64,000 nt of DNA, from contig OZ024741.1 in NCBI GenBank assembly GCA_964016885.1, forward strand, positions 250,914,001 through 250,978,000. Direction: 5' to 3'. This stretch comes from Eledone cirrhosa (taxonomy: Eukaryota). The translations under genes were made by a program, and so were the position numbers. The notes below the pieces were generated by a model that saw nothing but the letters and a program-made list of their open reading frames with translations, searched no databases and had not been told where the DNA came from. Shown piece after piece: positions 1 through 16,400 of this stretch (within the stretch, counting starts at the first letter, position 1; each line of letters starts with the position of its first letter).

Positions 1-1449
1 AAGCCCCAAGCACCAAACACCAAACACCAAACACCAAGCACCAAACACCAAGCAGCAATCACCAAGCACCAAACACCAAGCAGCAGCACCAAGCACCAAA
101 CACCAAGCCCCAAGCACCAAACACCTAACACCAAGCACCAAGCACCAAACACCAAGCACCAAGCACGAAGGACAAAACACCAAGCACCAAGCACCAAACA
201 CCTAACACCAACCACGAAGCACCAAACACCAAGCACCAAGCACCAAACACCAAACACCAAACACCAAGCACCAAGCACCAAACACCAAGCACCAAGCGCC
301 AAACACCAAGCCCCAAGCACCAAGCACCAAACACCAAGCACCAAACACCAAACACCAAGCACCAAGCACCAAACACCAAGCACCAAACACCAAGAACCAA
401 GCACCAAACACCAAGCACCAAGCACCAAGTACAAACACCAAGCACCAAGCACCAAACACCCAGCACCAAGCACCAAGCATCAAACACAAAGCATCAAACA
501 CCAAGCATCAAACACCAAACACCAAACACCAAGCAACAAGCACCAAACACCAAGCACCAAGCAGCAAACACAAAGCAGCAAGCAGAAAGCACCAAACAAC
601 AAACACCAAGCACAAAGCACCAAACACCAAGCACCAAGGACCAAACACCAAACACCAAGCACCAAGCACCAAACACCTAACACCAAGCACCAAGCACCAA
701 ACACGAAACACCAAGCACCAAGCACCAAACACCAAGCACCAAGCACCAAACACCAAGCACCAAGCATAAAACACCAAGCACCAAGCACCAAACACCTAAC
801 ACCAAGCACCAATCACCAAGCACCAAACACCAAGCACCAAACACCAAACACCAAGCACCAAGCACCAAGCACCAAGCACCAAACACCAAGCCCCAAGCAC
901 CAAGCACCAAACACAAAATACCAAGCACCAAGCACCAAACACCAAGCACCAAACAGCAAGCACCAAACACCAAACACCAAACAGCAAACACCAAACAGCA
1001 AACACCAAACACCAAACAGCAAACAGCAAACACCAAACACAAAGCACCAAGCACCAAGCACCAAACACCAAGCACCAAACACCAAGCATCAAGCACCAAG
1101 CACCAAACACCAAGCACCAAACACCAAGCACCAAGCATCAAACACAAAGCATCAAACACCAAACACCAAGCACCAAGCACCAAACACCAAACACCAAGCA
1201 CCAAGCACCAAAGATCAAACACCAAACACCAAACACCAAGCACCAAGCACCAAGCACGAAGCACCAAACACCAAGCACCAAGCACCAAACAACAAGCACC
1301 AAGCACCAAACACCAAACACCAAACACCAAGCATCAAGCACCAAGCACCAAACACCAAGCACCAAGCACCAGACACCAAGCACCAAGTACAAACACCAAG
1401 CACCAAGCACCAAACACCAAGCACCAAGCACCAAGCATCAAACACCAAA

Positions 1450-4400
1450 CATCAAACACCAAACACCAAACACCAAGCACCAAGCACCAAACACCAAACA
1501 CCAAGCACCAAGCACCAAGCACCAAACACCAAGTACCAAGCACCAAACACCAAACACCAAGCACCAAACACCAAACACCAAGCACCAAGCACCAAACACC
1601 AAACACCAAGCACCAAGCACCAAACACCAAACACCAAGCACCAAACACCAGACACCAAGCACCAAACACCAAACATCAAGCACCAAGCACCAAACACCAA
1701 ACATCAAGCACCAGGCTCCAAGCACCAAACACCAAACACCAAGCACAAAGCACCAAACACCAAGCACCAAGCACCAAACACCAAACACCAAGCACCAAGC
1801 ACCAAACACCAAACAGCAAACAGGAAACACCAAACAGCAAACAGCAAACTCCATACATGAAACAGCAAACACCATACAGCAAACACCAAACACCAAACAC
1901 CAAACACCAAACAGAAAACACCAAACACCAAGCACCAAACACCAAGCACCAAGCACTAAACACCAAGCACCAAGCACCAAACACCAAACCCCAAGCACCA
2001 AGCACCAAACACTAATCACCCAGCACCAAGCACCAAACACCAAGCACCAAGCACCAGACACCAAACACCAAGCACCAAAGACCAAGCACCAAGCACCAAG
2101 CAACAAACACCAAGCACCAAGCACCAAGCACCAAACACCAAGCCCCAAGCACCAAACGCAAACCACCCAGCACCAAGCACCAAGCACCAAGAACCAAACA
2201 CCAAACACAAAACACCAAGCACCGAGCACCAAGCAGCACACACCAAGCATCAAACACCAAACACCAAACACCAAGCACCAAACACCAAGCACCAAGCACT
2301 AAGCACCAAGCACCAAGCACCAAACTCCAAGCACCCAGCACCAAACACCAAACACCAAGCACCAACCACCAAACACCAAACACCAAGCACCAAACACCAG
2401 ACACCAGGCACCAAACACCAAGCACCAAGCACCAAGCACCAAACACCAAACAACAAGCACCAGGTACCAAGCACCAAACACCAAAAACCAAGCACCTAGC
2501 ACCAAACACCAAGCACCAAGCACCAAATGCCAAACACCAGGCACCAAGCACAAAACACCAAACACCAAAAAGCAGACACCAAACAGCAAACACCAAACAC
2601 CAAGCACCAGGCACCAAGCACCAAACACCAAACACCAAACACCAAGCACCAAGAACCAAACACCAAACACCAAACAGCAAGCACCAAGCACCAAACACCA
2701 AGCACCAAACACCAAACCCCAAGCACCAATCACCAAACACTAATCACCAAGCAGCAAGCACCAAACACCAAGCACCAAGCACCAAACACCAAACCCCAAG
2801 CACCAAAGACCAAGCACCAAGCACCAAGGACCAGACACCAAGCACCAAGCACCAAACACCAAGCACCAAACACCAAGCACCAGGCACCAAACATCAAACA
2901 CCAAACAGCAAACACCAAACAGCAAACATCAAACAGCAAACAGCAAACAGCAAACGCCAAACACCAAGCACCAAGCACCAAGCACCAAACACCAAGCACC
3001 AAGCACCAAGCACAAAACACCAAACACCAAGCACCAAGGACCAAACATCAAACACCAAGCACCAAGCACCAAGCACCAAGCACAAAGCACCGAACACCAA
3101 GCACCAAGCACCAAGCACCAAACACCAAGAACCAAACAACCAAGGACCAGGCACCAAGCACCAAACACCAAGCACCATGCACCAAACACCAAGCACCAAG
3201 CACGAAGCACCTAACACCAAGCACCAAGCACCAAACACTTAACACCAAGCACCAAGCACCAAGCACCAAACACAAAGCACCAAACACCAAACACCAAACA
3301 CCAAACACCAAGCACCAATCACCAAGCACCAAACACCAAGCAGCAAGCAGCAAGCACCAAACACCAAACACCAAGCACCAAGCACCAAACACCTAACACC
3401 AAGCACCAAGCACCAAGCACCAAGCACCGAACACCAAGCACCAAACAGCAAGCACCAAACACCAAGCACCAAGCACCGAACACCAAGCACCAGGCACCAA
3501 GCACCAAACACCAAGCACCATGCACCAAACACCAAGCACCAAGCACGAAGCACCAAAGACCAAGCACCAAGCACCAAACACTTAACACCAAGCACCAAGC
3601 ACCAAGCACCAAACACCAAGCACCAAACACCAAACACCAAGCACCAAGTACCAAACACCAAGCACCAAGCACCAAGCACCAAGCACCAAGCACCAAACAC
3701 CAAGTACCAAGCACCAAACACCAAACACCAAGCAACAAACACCAAACACCAAGCACCAAGCACCAAACACCAAACACCAAGCACCAAGCACCAAACACCA
3801 AACACCAAGCACCAAACACCAGACACCAAGCACCAAACACCAAACATCAAGCACCAAGCACCAAACACCAAACATCAAGCACCAGGCACCAAGCACCAAA
3901 CACCAAACACCAAGCACTAAGCACCAAACACCAAGCACCAAGCACCAAACACCAAACACCAAGCACCAAGCACCAAACACCAAACACCAAACAGGAAACA
4001 CCAAACAGCAAACAGCAAACTCCATACATGAAACAGCAAACACCATACAGCAAACACCAAACACCAAAAAGCAGACACCAAACAGCAAACACCAAACACC
4101 TAACACCAAACACCAAACAGAAAACACCAAACACCAAGCACCAAACACCAAGCACCAAGCACTAAACACCAAGCACCAAGCACCAAACACCAAACCCCAA
4201 GCACCAAGCACCAAACACTAATCACCCAGCACCAAGCACCAAACACCAAGCACCAAGCACCAGACTCCAAACACCAAGCACCAAAGACCAAGCACCAAGC
4301 ACCAAGCAACAAACACCAAGCACCAAGCACCAAGCACCAAACACCAAGCACCAAGCACCAAACGCAAACCACCCAGCACCAAGCACCAAGCACCAACCAC

Positions 4401-5950
4401 CAAGCACCAAGAACCAAACACCAAACACAAAACACCAAGCACCAAGCACCAAGCAGCACACACCAAGCATCAAACACCAAACACCAAACACCAAGCACCA
4501 AACACCAAGCACCAAGCACTAAGCACCAAGCACCAAGCACCAAACTCCAAGCACCCAGCACCAAACACCAAACACCAAGCACCAACCACCAAACACCAAA
4601 CACCAAGCACCAAACACCAGATACCAGGCACCAAACACCAAGCACCAAGCACCAAGCACCAAACACCAAACAACAAGCACCAGGTACCAAGCACCAAACA
4701 CCAAAAACCAAGCACCAAGCACCAAACACCAAGCACCAAGCACCAAATGCCAAACACCAGGCACCAAGCACAAAACACCAAACACCAAAAAGCAGACACC
4801 AAACAGCAAACACCAAACACCAAGCACCAGGCACCAAGCACCAAACACCAAACACCAAACAGCAAGCACCAAGCACCAAACACCAAGCACCAAACACCAA
4901 ACCCCAAGCACCAATCACCAAACACTAATCACCAAGCAGCAAGCACCAAACACCAAGCACCAAGCACCAAACACCAAACCCCAAGCACCAAAGACCAAGC
5001 ACCAAGCACCAAGGACCAGACACCAAGCACCAAGCACCAAACACCAAGCACCAAACACCAAGCACCAGGCACCAAACACCAAACACCAAACACCAAGCAC
5101 CAAGCACCAAACAGCAAGCACCAAACACCAAACACCAAACAGCAAACACCAAACAGCAAACATCAAACAGCAAACAGCAAACAGCAAACGCCAAACACCA
5201 AGCACCAAGCACCAAGCACCAAACACCAAGCACCAAGCACCAAGCACAAAACACCAAACACCAAGCACCAAGGACCAAACATCAAACACCAAGCACCAAG
5301 CACCAAGCACCAAGCACAAAGCACCGAACACCAAGCACCAAGCACCAAGCACCAAACACCAAGAACCAAACAACCAAGGACCAGGCACCAAGCACCAAAC
5401 ACCAAGCACCATGCACCAAACACCAAGCACCAAGAACGAAGCACCTAACACCAAGCACCAAGCACCAAACACTTAACACCAAGCACCAAGCACCAAGCAC
5501 CAAACACAAAGCACCAAACACCAAACACCAAACACCAAACACCAAGCACCAATCACCAAGCACCAAACACCAAGCAGCAAGCAGCAAGCACCAAACACCA
5601 AACACCAAGCACCAAGCACCAAACACCTAACACCAAGCACCAAGCACCAAGCACCAAGCACCGAACACCAAGCACCAAACAGCAAGCACCAAACACCAAG
5701 CACCAAGCACCGAACACCAAGCACCAAACACCAAGCACCAATCACCAAGCACCAGACACCAAGCACCAGGCACCAAGCACCAAACACCAAGCACCATGCA
5801 CCAAACACCAAGCACCAAGCACGAAGCACCAAAGACCAAGCACCAAGCACCAAACACTTAACACCAAGCACCAAGCACCAAGCACCAAACACCAAGCACC
5901 AAACACCAAACACCAAGCACCAAGTACCAAACACCAAGCACCAAGCACCA
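1450..5950. repeat. Approximately 2.2-kb higher-order tandem duplication within array 1 (boundaries approximate)
   Basis: The landmark CCATACATGAAAC occurs at ~1851 and ~4022, and ATGCCAAACACCAGG at 2527 and 4747 (offset 2220). Matching ORF-track translations at 3048..3392 and 5282..5626 give offset 2234. Confidence 0.85.
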
Positions 5951-6800
5951 AACACCAAGCACCAAGCACCAATCACCAAACACCAAGAACCAACACCAAA
6001 CACCAAGCACCAAGCACCAAACACCAAGCACCAAACACCAAACACCAAGCACCAAACACCAAACACCAACAACCAAGCACCAAAACCCAAACACCAAGCA
6101 CCAAGCACCAAACACCAAACACCAAACACCAGACACCAAGCACCAAACACCAAACACCAAACACCAAGCACCAAGCACCAAACACCAAGTACCAAACAGC
6201 AAACCCCAAGCACCAAGCACAAAACACTAATCACCAAGCACCAAGCACCAAACAACAAGCACCAAGCACCAAGAACCAGGCACCAAGCACCAAACACCAA
6301 ACACAAAACACCAAGCACCAAGCACCAAGCAGCACACACCAAGCATCAAACACCAAACACCAAGCACCAAGTACCAAACACCAAACACCAAGCACTAAGC
6401 ACCAAGCACCAAGCACCAAACACCAAGCACCCAGCACCAAACACCAAGCACCAAGCACCCAGCACAAAACACCAAGCACCAAACACCAAACACCAAGCAC
6501 CAAACACCAAACACCAACAACCAAGCACCAAAACCCAAACACCAAGCACCAAGCACCAAACACCAAACACCAAACACCAGACACCAAGCACCAAACACCA
6601 AACACCAAACACCAAGCACCAAGCACCAAACACCAAGTACCAAACAGCAAACCCCAAGCACCAAGCACAAAACACTAATCACCAAGCACCAAGCACCAAA
6701 CAACAAGCACCAAGCACCAAGAACCAGGCACCAAGCACCAAACACCAAACACAAAACACCAAGCACCAAGCACCAAGCAGCACACACCAAGCATCAAACA
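5800..6800. repeat. Approximately 448-bp local tandem duplication within array 1 (boundaries approximate)
   Basis: The block GTACCAAACAGCAAACCCCAAG...CACAAAACACTAATCACC occurs at ~6190-6240 and ~6638-6688. ORF ends 6220/6668 and 6227/6675 differ by 448. Confidence 0.8.
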
Positions 6801-9559
6801 CCAAACACCAAACACCAAGCACCAAGCACCAAACTCCAAGCACCCAGCACAAAACACCAAACACCAAGCACCAACCACCAAACACCAAGCACCAAACACC
6901 AGACACCAGGCACCAAACACCAAGCACCAAGCACCAAGCACCAAACACCAAACAACAAGCACCAGGTACCAAGCACCAAACACCAAAAACCAAGCACCAA
7001 GCACCAAACACCAAGCACCAAGCACCAAATGCCAAACACCAGGCACCAAGCACAAAACACCAAACACCAAAAAGCAGACACCAATCAGCAAACACCAAAC
7101 ACCAAGCACCAGGCACCAAGCACCAAACACCAAGCACCAAGCAAGAAACACCAAGCATGAAGACCGAAGCACCAAACACCAAGCACCAAGCTCCAAACAC
7201 AAAACACCAAGCACCAAGCACCAAGCACCAAACACCAAACACCAAGCACCAAGAACCAAACACCAAACACCAAGCACCAAGGACCAAACATCAAGCACAA
7301 GCACCAAGCACCAAACACCTTACACCAAGCACCAAGCACCAAGCACCAAGCACCAAACACCAAGCACCAAACACCAAGCACCAAGCACCAAATACCAAGC
7401 AACAAGCACCAAACACCAAGCACCAAGCACCAAGCACCAAACACCAAGCACCAAGCACCAAACACCAAACCCCAAGCACCAAACACCAAACCGCAAGCAC
7501 CAAGCACCAAACACTAATCACCAAGCACCAAGCACCAAACAACAAGAACGAAGCACCAAGCACCAGGCACCAAGCACCAAGCACCAAACACAAAACACCA
7601 AGCACCAAGCACCAAGCAGCAAACACCAAGCATCAAACACCAAACACCAACCACCAAGCACCAAACACCAAGCACCAAACACCAAGCACCAGGAACCAAG
7701 CACCAAGCACGAAGCACCAAACACCAAACACCAAGCACCAAATACCAGATACCAAGCACCAAGCACCAAACACCAAACACCAAGCACCAAGCACCAAACA
7801 CTAAACAACAAGCACCAGGCACCAAGCACCAAACACCAAACACCAAGCACCAAGCCCCAAACACCAAACACCAAGCACGCAGCATCAAACACCAAGCACC
7901 AAGCACCAAGCACCAAACACCAAGCACCAAGCACCAAGCACCAAGTAACAAACACCAAACACCAAGCAACAAACACCAAACACCAAGGACCAAACACCAA
8001 GCACCAAGCACCAAACACCAAGCACCAAGCACCAAACACCCAGCACCAAGCACCAAGCACCAAACACCAAGCACCAAGCACCAAACACAAAACACCAAAC
8101 ACCAAACAGCAAACACCAAACACCAAACAGCCAAAACCAAATACGAAACAGCAAACACCATACAGCAAACACCAAACACCAAAAAGCAGACACCAAACAG
8201 CAAACACAAAACACCAAACACCAAACACCAAACACCAAGCACCAAGCACCAACCACCAAACCCCAAGCACCAAGCAACAAACACTAATCACCAAGCACCA
8301 AGCACCAAACACCAAGCACCAAGCACCAAGCACCAAACACCAAGCACCAAGCACCAAACGCCAAACACCAAGCACCAAAGACCAAGCACCAAGCACCAAG
8401 CACCAAACAACAAGCACCAAACACCAAGCACCAAACACCAAGCACCAAGCACCAAACACCCACCACCCAGCACCAAACACCAAGCACCAAACACCAAGCA
8501 CCAAACACCAAACACCAAGCACCAAGCACCAAGCACCAAACACCAAGCCCCAAGCACCAAGCACCAAACACCAAACACCAAGCACCAAGCACCAAACAAC
8601 AAGCACCAAGCACCAATCACAAAGAACGAAACAACAAGCAGCAAGCAGCAAGCACCAAACACCAAACACCAAGCACCAAACACCAAACACCAAGCACCAA
8701 GGACCCAATATCAAACACCAAGGACCAAGCACCAAACACCAAACACCAAGCACCAAGCACCAAGCACCAAGCACCGAACACCATGCCCCAAACACCAAGC
8801 ACCAAACACCAAGCACCAAACACCAAACACGAAGTCCCACGCACCAAGCACCAAACACCAAACAGCAAGCACCAAGCACCAAACACCAAGCACCAAGCAC
8901 CAAGCCCCTAGCACCAAACACCAAACACCAAGCACCAAGCACAAAATACCAAGCACCAATCACCAAGCACCAAACACCAAGGAGCAAGCAGCAAGCACCA
9001 AACACCAAACACCAAGCACCAAGCACCAAACACCAAACACCAAGCACCAAGCACCAAACATCAAACACCAAGCACCAAGCACCAAACACTTAACACCAAG
9101 CACCAAGCACCAAGCACCAAACACCAAGCACCAATCACAAAGAACGAAACAAGCAGCAAGCAGCAAGCAACAAACACCAAACACCAAGCACCAAACACCA
9201 AACACCAAGCACCAAGGACCCAACATCAAACACCAAGCACCAAGCACCAAGCACCGAACACCAAGCACCAAACACCAAGCACCAATCACCAAGCACCAGA
9301 CACCAAGCACCAGGCACCAAGCACCAAACACCAAGCACCATGCACCAAACACCAAGCACCAAGCACGAAGCACCAAAGACCAAGCACCAAGCACCAAACA
9401 CTTAACACCAAGCACCAAGCACCAAGCACCAAACACCAAGCACCAAACACCAAACACCAAGCACCAAGTACCAAACACCAAGCACCAAGCACCAAACACC
9501 AAGCACCAAGCACCAATCACCAAACACCAAGAACCAACACCAAACACCAAGCACCAAGC

Positions 9560-10420
9560 ACCTAGTACATACACCAAGCACCAAACACCAAACACAAAAC
9601 AACAAGCACCCAGCAAAAAGCATCAAACACCAAGCATCAAACACCAAACACCAAGCACCAAGTACCAAACACCAAACACCAAGCACCAAGCACCAAGCAC
9701 CAAGCACCAAACACCAAGCACCCAGCACCAAACACCAAGCACCAAGAACCCAGCACCAAACAGCAAGCACCAAACACCAAACACCAAGCACCAAACACCA
9801 AACACCAACAACCAAGCACCAAAACCCAAAAACCAAGCACCAAACACCAAACACCAAACACCAGACAAGAAGCACCAAACACCAAACACCAAACACCAAG
9901 CACCAAGCACCAAACACCAAGCACCAAACAGCAAACCCCAAGCACCAAGCACCAAACACTAATCACCAAGCACCAAGCACCAAACAACAAGCACCTAGTA
10001 CATACACCAAGCACCAAACACCAAACACAAAACAACAAGCACCCAGCAAAAAGCATCAAACACCAATAATCAAACACCAAACACCAAAAACCAAGTACCA
10101 ACCACCAAACACCAAGCACCAAGCACCAAGCACCAAGCACCAAACACCAAGCACCCAGCACCAAACACCAAGCACCAAGCACCCAGCACCAAACACCAAG
10201 CACCAAACACCAAACACCAAGCACCAAACACCAAACACCAACAACCAAGCACCAAAACCCAAACACCAAGCACCAAGCACCAAACACCAAACACCAGACA
10301 AGAAGCACCAAACACCAAACACCAAACACCAAGCACCAAGCACCAAACACCAAGCACCAAACAGCAAACCCCAAGCACCAAGCACCAAACACTAATCACC
10401 AAGCACCAAGCACCAAACAA
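9560..10420. repeat. 433-bp local tandem duplication within array 1 (boundaries approximate)
   Basis: The rare landmark CCTAGTACATACACC occurs at ~9561 and ~9994. ORF pair 9623..9955 / 10056..10388 has offset 433. Confidence 0.85.
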
Positions 10421-13400
10421 CAAGCACCAAGCACCAAGAACCAGGCACCAAGCACCAAACACCAAACACAAAACACCAAGCACCAAGCACCAAGCAGCAC
10501 ACACCAAGCATCAAACACCAAACACCAAACACCAAGCACCAAACACCAAACACCAAGTACTAAGCACCAAGCACCAAGCACCAACCTCCAAGCACCCAGC
10601 ACCAAACACCAAACACCAAGCACCAACCACCAAACACCAAACACCAAGCACCAAACACCAGACACCAGGCACCAAACACCAAGCACCAAGCACCAAGCAC
10701 CAAACACCAAACAACAAGCACCAGGTACCAAGCACCAAACACCAAAAACCAAGCACCAGGCACCAAACACCAAGCACCAAGCACCAAATGCCAAACACCA
10801 GGCACCAAGCACAAAACACCAAACACCAAAAAGCAGACACCAAACAGCAAACACCAAACACCAAGCACCAGGCACCAAGCACCAAACACCAAGCACCAAG
10901 CAAGAAACACCAAGCATGAAGACCGAAGCACCAAACACCAAGCACCAAGCTCCAAACACAAATCACCAAGCACCAAGCACCAAGCACCAAACACCAAACA
11001 CCAAACACCAAGCACCAAGCACCAAACACCAAACACCAAGCACCAAGCACCAAACACCAAACACCAAGCACCAAACACCAGACACCAAGCACCAAACACC
11101 AAACATCAAGCACCAAGCACCAAACACCAAACATCAAGCACCAGGCACCAAGCACCAAACACCAAACACCAAGCACTAAGCACCAAACACCAAGCACCAA
11201 GCACCAAACACCAAACACCAAGCACCAAGCACCAAACACCAAACAGCAAACAGAAAACACCATACAGCAAACACCAAACACCAAAAAGCAGACACCAAAC
11301 AGCAAACACCAAACACCAAACACCAAACACCAAACAGAAAACACCAAACACCAAGCACCAAACACCAAGCACCAAGCACTAAACACCAAGCACCAAGCAC
11401 CAAACACCAAACCCCAAGCACCAAGCACCAAACACTAATCACCCAGCACCAAGCACCAAACACCAAGCACCAAGCACCAGACACCAAACACCAAGCACCA
11501 AAGACCAAGCACCAAGCACCAAGCAACAAACACCAAGCACCAAGCACCAAGCACCAAACACCAAGCACCAAGCACCAAACGCAAACCACCCAGCACCAAG
11601 CACCAAGCACCAACCACCAAGCACCAAGAACCAAACACCAAACACAAAACACCAAGCACCAAGCACCAAGCAGCACACACCAAGCATCAAACACCAAACA
11701 CCAAACACCAAGCACCAAACACCAAGCACCAAGCACTAAGCACCAAGCACCAAGCACCAAACTCCAAGCACCCAGCACCAAACACCAAACACCAAGCACC
11801 AACCACCAAACACCAAACACCAAGCACCAAACACCAGACACCAGGCACCAAACACCAAGCACCAAGAACCAAGCACCAAACACCAAACAACAAGCACCAG
11901 GTACCAAGCACCAAACACCAAAAACCAAGCACCAAGCACCAAACACCAAGCACCAAGCACCAAATGCCAAACACCAGGCACCAAGCACAAAACACCAAAC
12001 ACCAAAAAGCAGACACCAAACAGCAAACACCAAACACCAAGCACCAGGCACCAAGCACCAAACACCAAACACCAAACACCAAGCACCAAGAACCAAACAC
12101 CAAACACCAAACAGCAAGCACCAAGCACCAAACACCAAGCACCAAACACCAAACCCCAAGCACCAATCACCAAACACTAATCACCAAGCAGCAAGCACCA
12201 AACACCAAGCACCAAGCACCAAACACCAAACCCCAAGCACCAAAGACCAAGCACCAAGCACCAAGGACCAGACACCAAGCGCCAAGCACCAAACACCAAG
12301 CACCAAACACCAAGCACCAGGCACCAAACACCAAACACCAAACACCAAGCACCAAGCACCAAACAGCAAGCACCAAACACCAAACACCAAACAGCAAACA
12401 CCAAACAGCAAACATCAAACAGCAAACAGCAAACAGCAAACGCCAAACACCAAGCACCAAGCACCAAGCACCAAACACCAAGCACCAAGCACCAAGCACA
12501 AAACACCAAACACCAAGCACCAAGGACCAAACATCAAACACCAAGCACCAAGCACCAAGCACCAAGCACAAAGCACCGAACACCAAGCACCAAGCACCAA
12601 GCACCAAACACCAAGAACCAAACAACCAAGGACCAGGCACCAAGCACCAAACACCAAGCACCATGCACCAAACACCAAGCACCAAGCACGAAGCACCTAA
12701 CACCAAGCACCAAGCACCAAACACTTAACATCAAGCACCAAGCACCAAGCACCAAACACAAAGCACCAAACACCAAACACCAAGCACCAAGTACCAAACA
12801 CCAAGCACCAAGCACCAAACACCAAGCACCAAGCACCAATCACCAAACACTATGCCCCAAGCACCAAGCACCAAACACCAAACACCAAGCACCAAGCACC
12901 AAACACCAAGCACCAAGCACCAAGCACCTAGCAGCAAACACCAAACACCAAGCACAAACACCAAACACCAAGCACCAATCACCAAGCACCAAACACCAAG
13001 CAGCAAGCAGCAAGCACCAAACACCAAACACCAAGCACCAAGCACCAAACACCTAACACCAAGCACCAAGCACCAAGCACCAAGCACCGAACACCAAGCA
13101 CCAAACACCAAGCACCAAACACCAAGCACCAAGCACCGAACACCAAGCACCAAACACCAAGCACCAATCACCAAGCACCAGACACCAAGCACCAGGCACC
13201 AAGCACCAAACACCAAGCACCATGCACCAAACACCAAGCACCAAGCACGAAGCACCAAAGACCAAGCACCAAGCACCAAACACTTAACACCAAGCACCAA
13301 GCACCAAGCACCAAACACCAAGCACCAAACACCAAACACCAAGCACCAAGTACCAAACACCAAGCACCAAGCACCAAACACCAAGCACCAAGCACCAATC

Positions 13401-16400
13401 ACCAAACACCAAGAACCAACACCAAACACCAAGCACCAAGCACCAAACACCAAGCACCAAACACCAAACACCAAGCACCAAACACCAAACACCAACAACC
13501 AAGCACCAAAACCCAAACACCAAGCACCAAGCACCAAACACCAAGCACCCAGCACCAAACACCAAGCACCAAGAACCCAGCACCAAACACCAGGCACCAA
13601 ACACCAAACACCAAGCACCAAACACCAAACACCAACAACCAAGCACCAAAACCCAAACACCAAGCACCAAGCACCAAACACCAAACACCAAACACCAGAC
13701 AAGAAGCACCAAACACCAAACACCAAACACCAAGCACCAAGCACCAAACACCAAGCACCAAACAGCAAACCCCAAGCACCAAGCACCAAACACTAATCAC
13801 CAAGCACCAAGCACCAAACAACAAGCACCTAGTACATACACCAAGCACCAAACACCAAACACAAAACAACAAGCACCCAGCAAAAAGCATCAAACACCAA
13901 GCATCAAACACCAAACACCAAGCACCAAGTACCAAACACCAAACACCAAGCACCAAGCACCAAGCACCAAGCACCAAACACCAAGCACCCAGCACCAAAC
14001 ACCAAGCACCAAGCACCCAGCACCAAACACCAAGCACCAAACACCAAACACCAAGCACCAAACACCAAACACCAACAACCAAGCACCAAAACCCAAACAC
14101 CAAGCACCAAGCACCAAACACCAAACACCAAACACCAGACAAGAAGCACCAAACACCAAACACCAAACACCAAGCACCAAGCACCAAACACCAAGCAGCA
14201 AACAGCAAACCCCAAGCACCAAGCACCAAACACTAATCACCAAGCACCAAGCACCAAACAACAAGCACCAAGCACCAAGAACCAGGCACCAAGCACCAAA
14301 CACCAAACACAAAACACCAAGCACCAAGCACCAAGCAGCACACACCAAGCATCAAACACCAAACACCAAACACCAAGCACCAAACACCAAACACCAAGTA
14401 CTAAGCACCAAGCACCAAGCACCAACCTCCAAGCACCCAGCACCAAACACCAAACACCAAGCACCAACCACCAAACACCAAACACCAAGCACCAAACACC
14501 AGACACCAGGCACCAAACACCAAGCACCAAGCACCAAGCACCAAACACCAAACAACAAGCACCAGGTACCAAGCACCAAACACCAAAAACCAAGCACCAG
14601 GCACCAAACACCAAGCACCAAGCACCAAATGCCAAACACCAGGCACCAAGCACAAAACACCAAACACCAAAAAGCAGACACCAAACAGCAAACACCAAAC
14701 ACCAAGCACCAGGCACCAAGCACCAAACACCAAGCACCTAGCAAGAAACACCAAGCATGAAGACCGAAGCACCAAACACCAAGCACCAAGCTCCAAACAC
14801 AAATCACCAAGCACCAAGCACCAAGCACCAAACACCAAACACCAAACACCAAGCACCAAGCACCAAACACCAAACACCAAGCACCAAGCACCAAACACCA
14901 AACACCAAGCACCAAACACCAGACACCAAGCACCAAACACCAAACATCAAGCACCAAGCACCAAACACCAAACATCAAGCACCAGGCACCAAGCACCAAA
15001 CACCAAACACCAAGCACTAAGCACCAAACACCAAGCACCAAGCACCAAACACCAAACACCAAGTACCAAGCACCAAACACCAAACAGCAAACAGAAAACA
15101 CCATACAGCAAACACCAAACAACAAAAAGCAGACACCAAACAGCAAACACCAAACACCAAACACCAAACACCAAACAGAAAACACCAAACACCAAGCACC
15201 AAACACCAAGCACCAAGCACTAAACACCAAGCACCAAGCACCAAACACCAAACCCCAAGCACCAAGCACCAAACACTAATCACCCAGCACCAAGCACCAA
15301 ACACCAAGCACAAAGCACCAGACACCAAACACCAAGCACCAAAGACCAAGCACCAAGCACCAAGCAACAAACACCAAGCACCAAGCACCAAGCACCAAAC
15401 ACCAAGCACCAAGCACCAAACGCAAACCACCCAGCACCAAGCACCAAGCACCAACCACCAAGCACCAAGAACCAAACACCAAACACAAAACACCAAGCAC
15501 CAAGCACCAAGCAGCACACACCAAGCATCAAACACCAAACACCAAACACCAAGCACCAAACACCAAGCACCAAGCACTAAGCACCAAGCACCAAGCACCA
15601 AACTCCAAGCACCCAGCACCAAACACCAAACACCAAGCACCAACCACCAAACACCAAACACCAAGCACCAAACACCAGACACCAGGCACCAAACACCAAG
15701 CACCAAGCACCAAGCACCAAACACCAAACAACAAGCACCAGGTACCAAGCACCAAACACCAAAAACCAAGCACCAAGCACCAAACACCAAGCACCAAGCA
15801 CCAAATGCCAAACACCAGGCACCAAGCACAAAACACCAAACACCAAAAAGCAGACACCAAACAGCAAACACCAAACACCAAGCACCAGGCACCAAGCACC
15901 AAACACCAAACACCAAACACCAAGCACCAAGAACCAAACACCAAACACCAAACAGCAAGCACCAAGCACCAAACACCAAGCACCAAACACCAAACCCCAA
16001 GCACCAATCACCAAACACTAATCACCAAGCAGCAAGCACCAAACACCAAGCACCAAGCACCAAACACCAAACCCCAAGCACCAAAGACCAAGCACCAAGC
16101 ACCAAGGACCAGACACCAAGCACCAAGCACCAAACACCAAGCACCAAACACCAAGCACCAGGCACCAAACACCAAACACCAAACACCAAGCACCAAGCAC
16201 CAAACAGCAAGCACCAAACACCAAACACCAAACAGCAAACACCAAACAGCAAACATCAAACAGCAAACAGCAAACAGCAAACGCCAAACACCAAGCACCA
16301 AGCACCAAGCACCAAACACCAAGCACCAAGCACCAAGCACAAAACACCAAACACCAAGCACCAAGGACCAAACATCAAACACCAAGCACCAAGCACCAGG

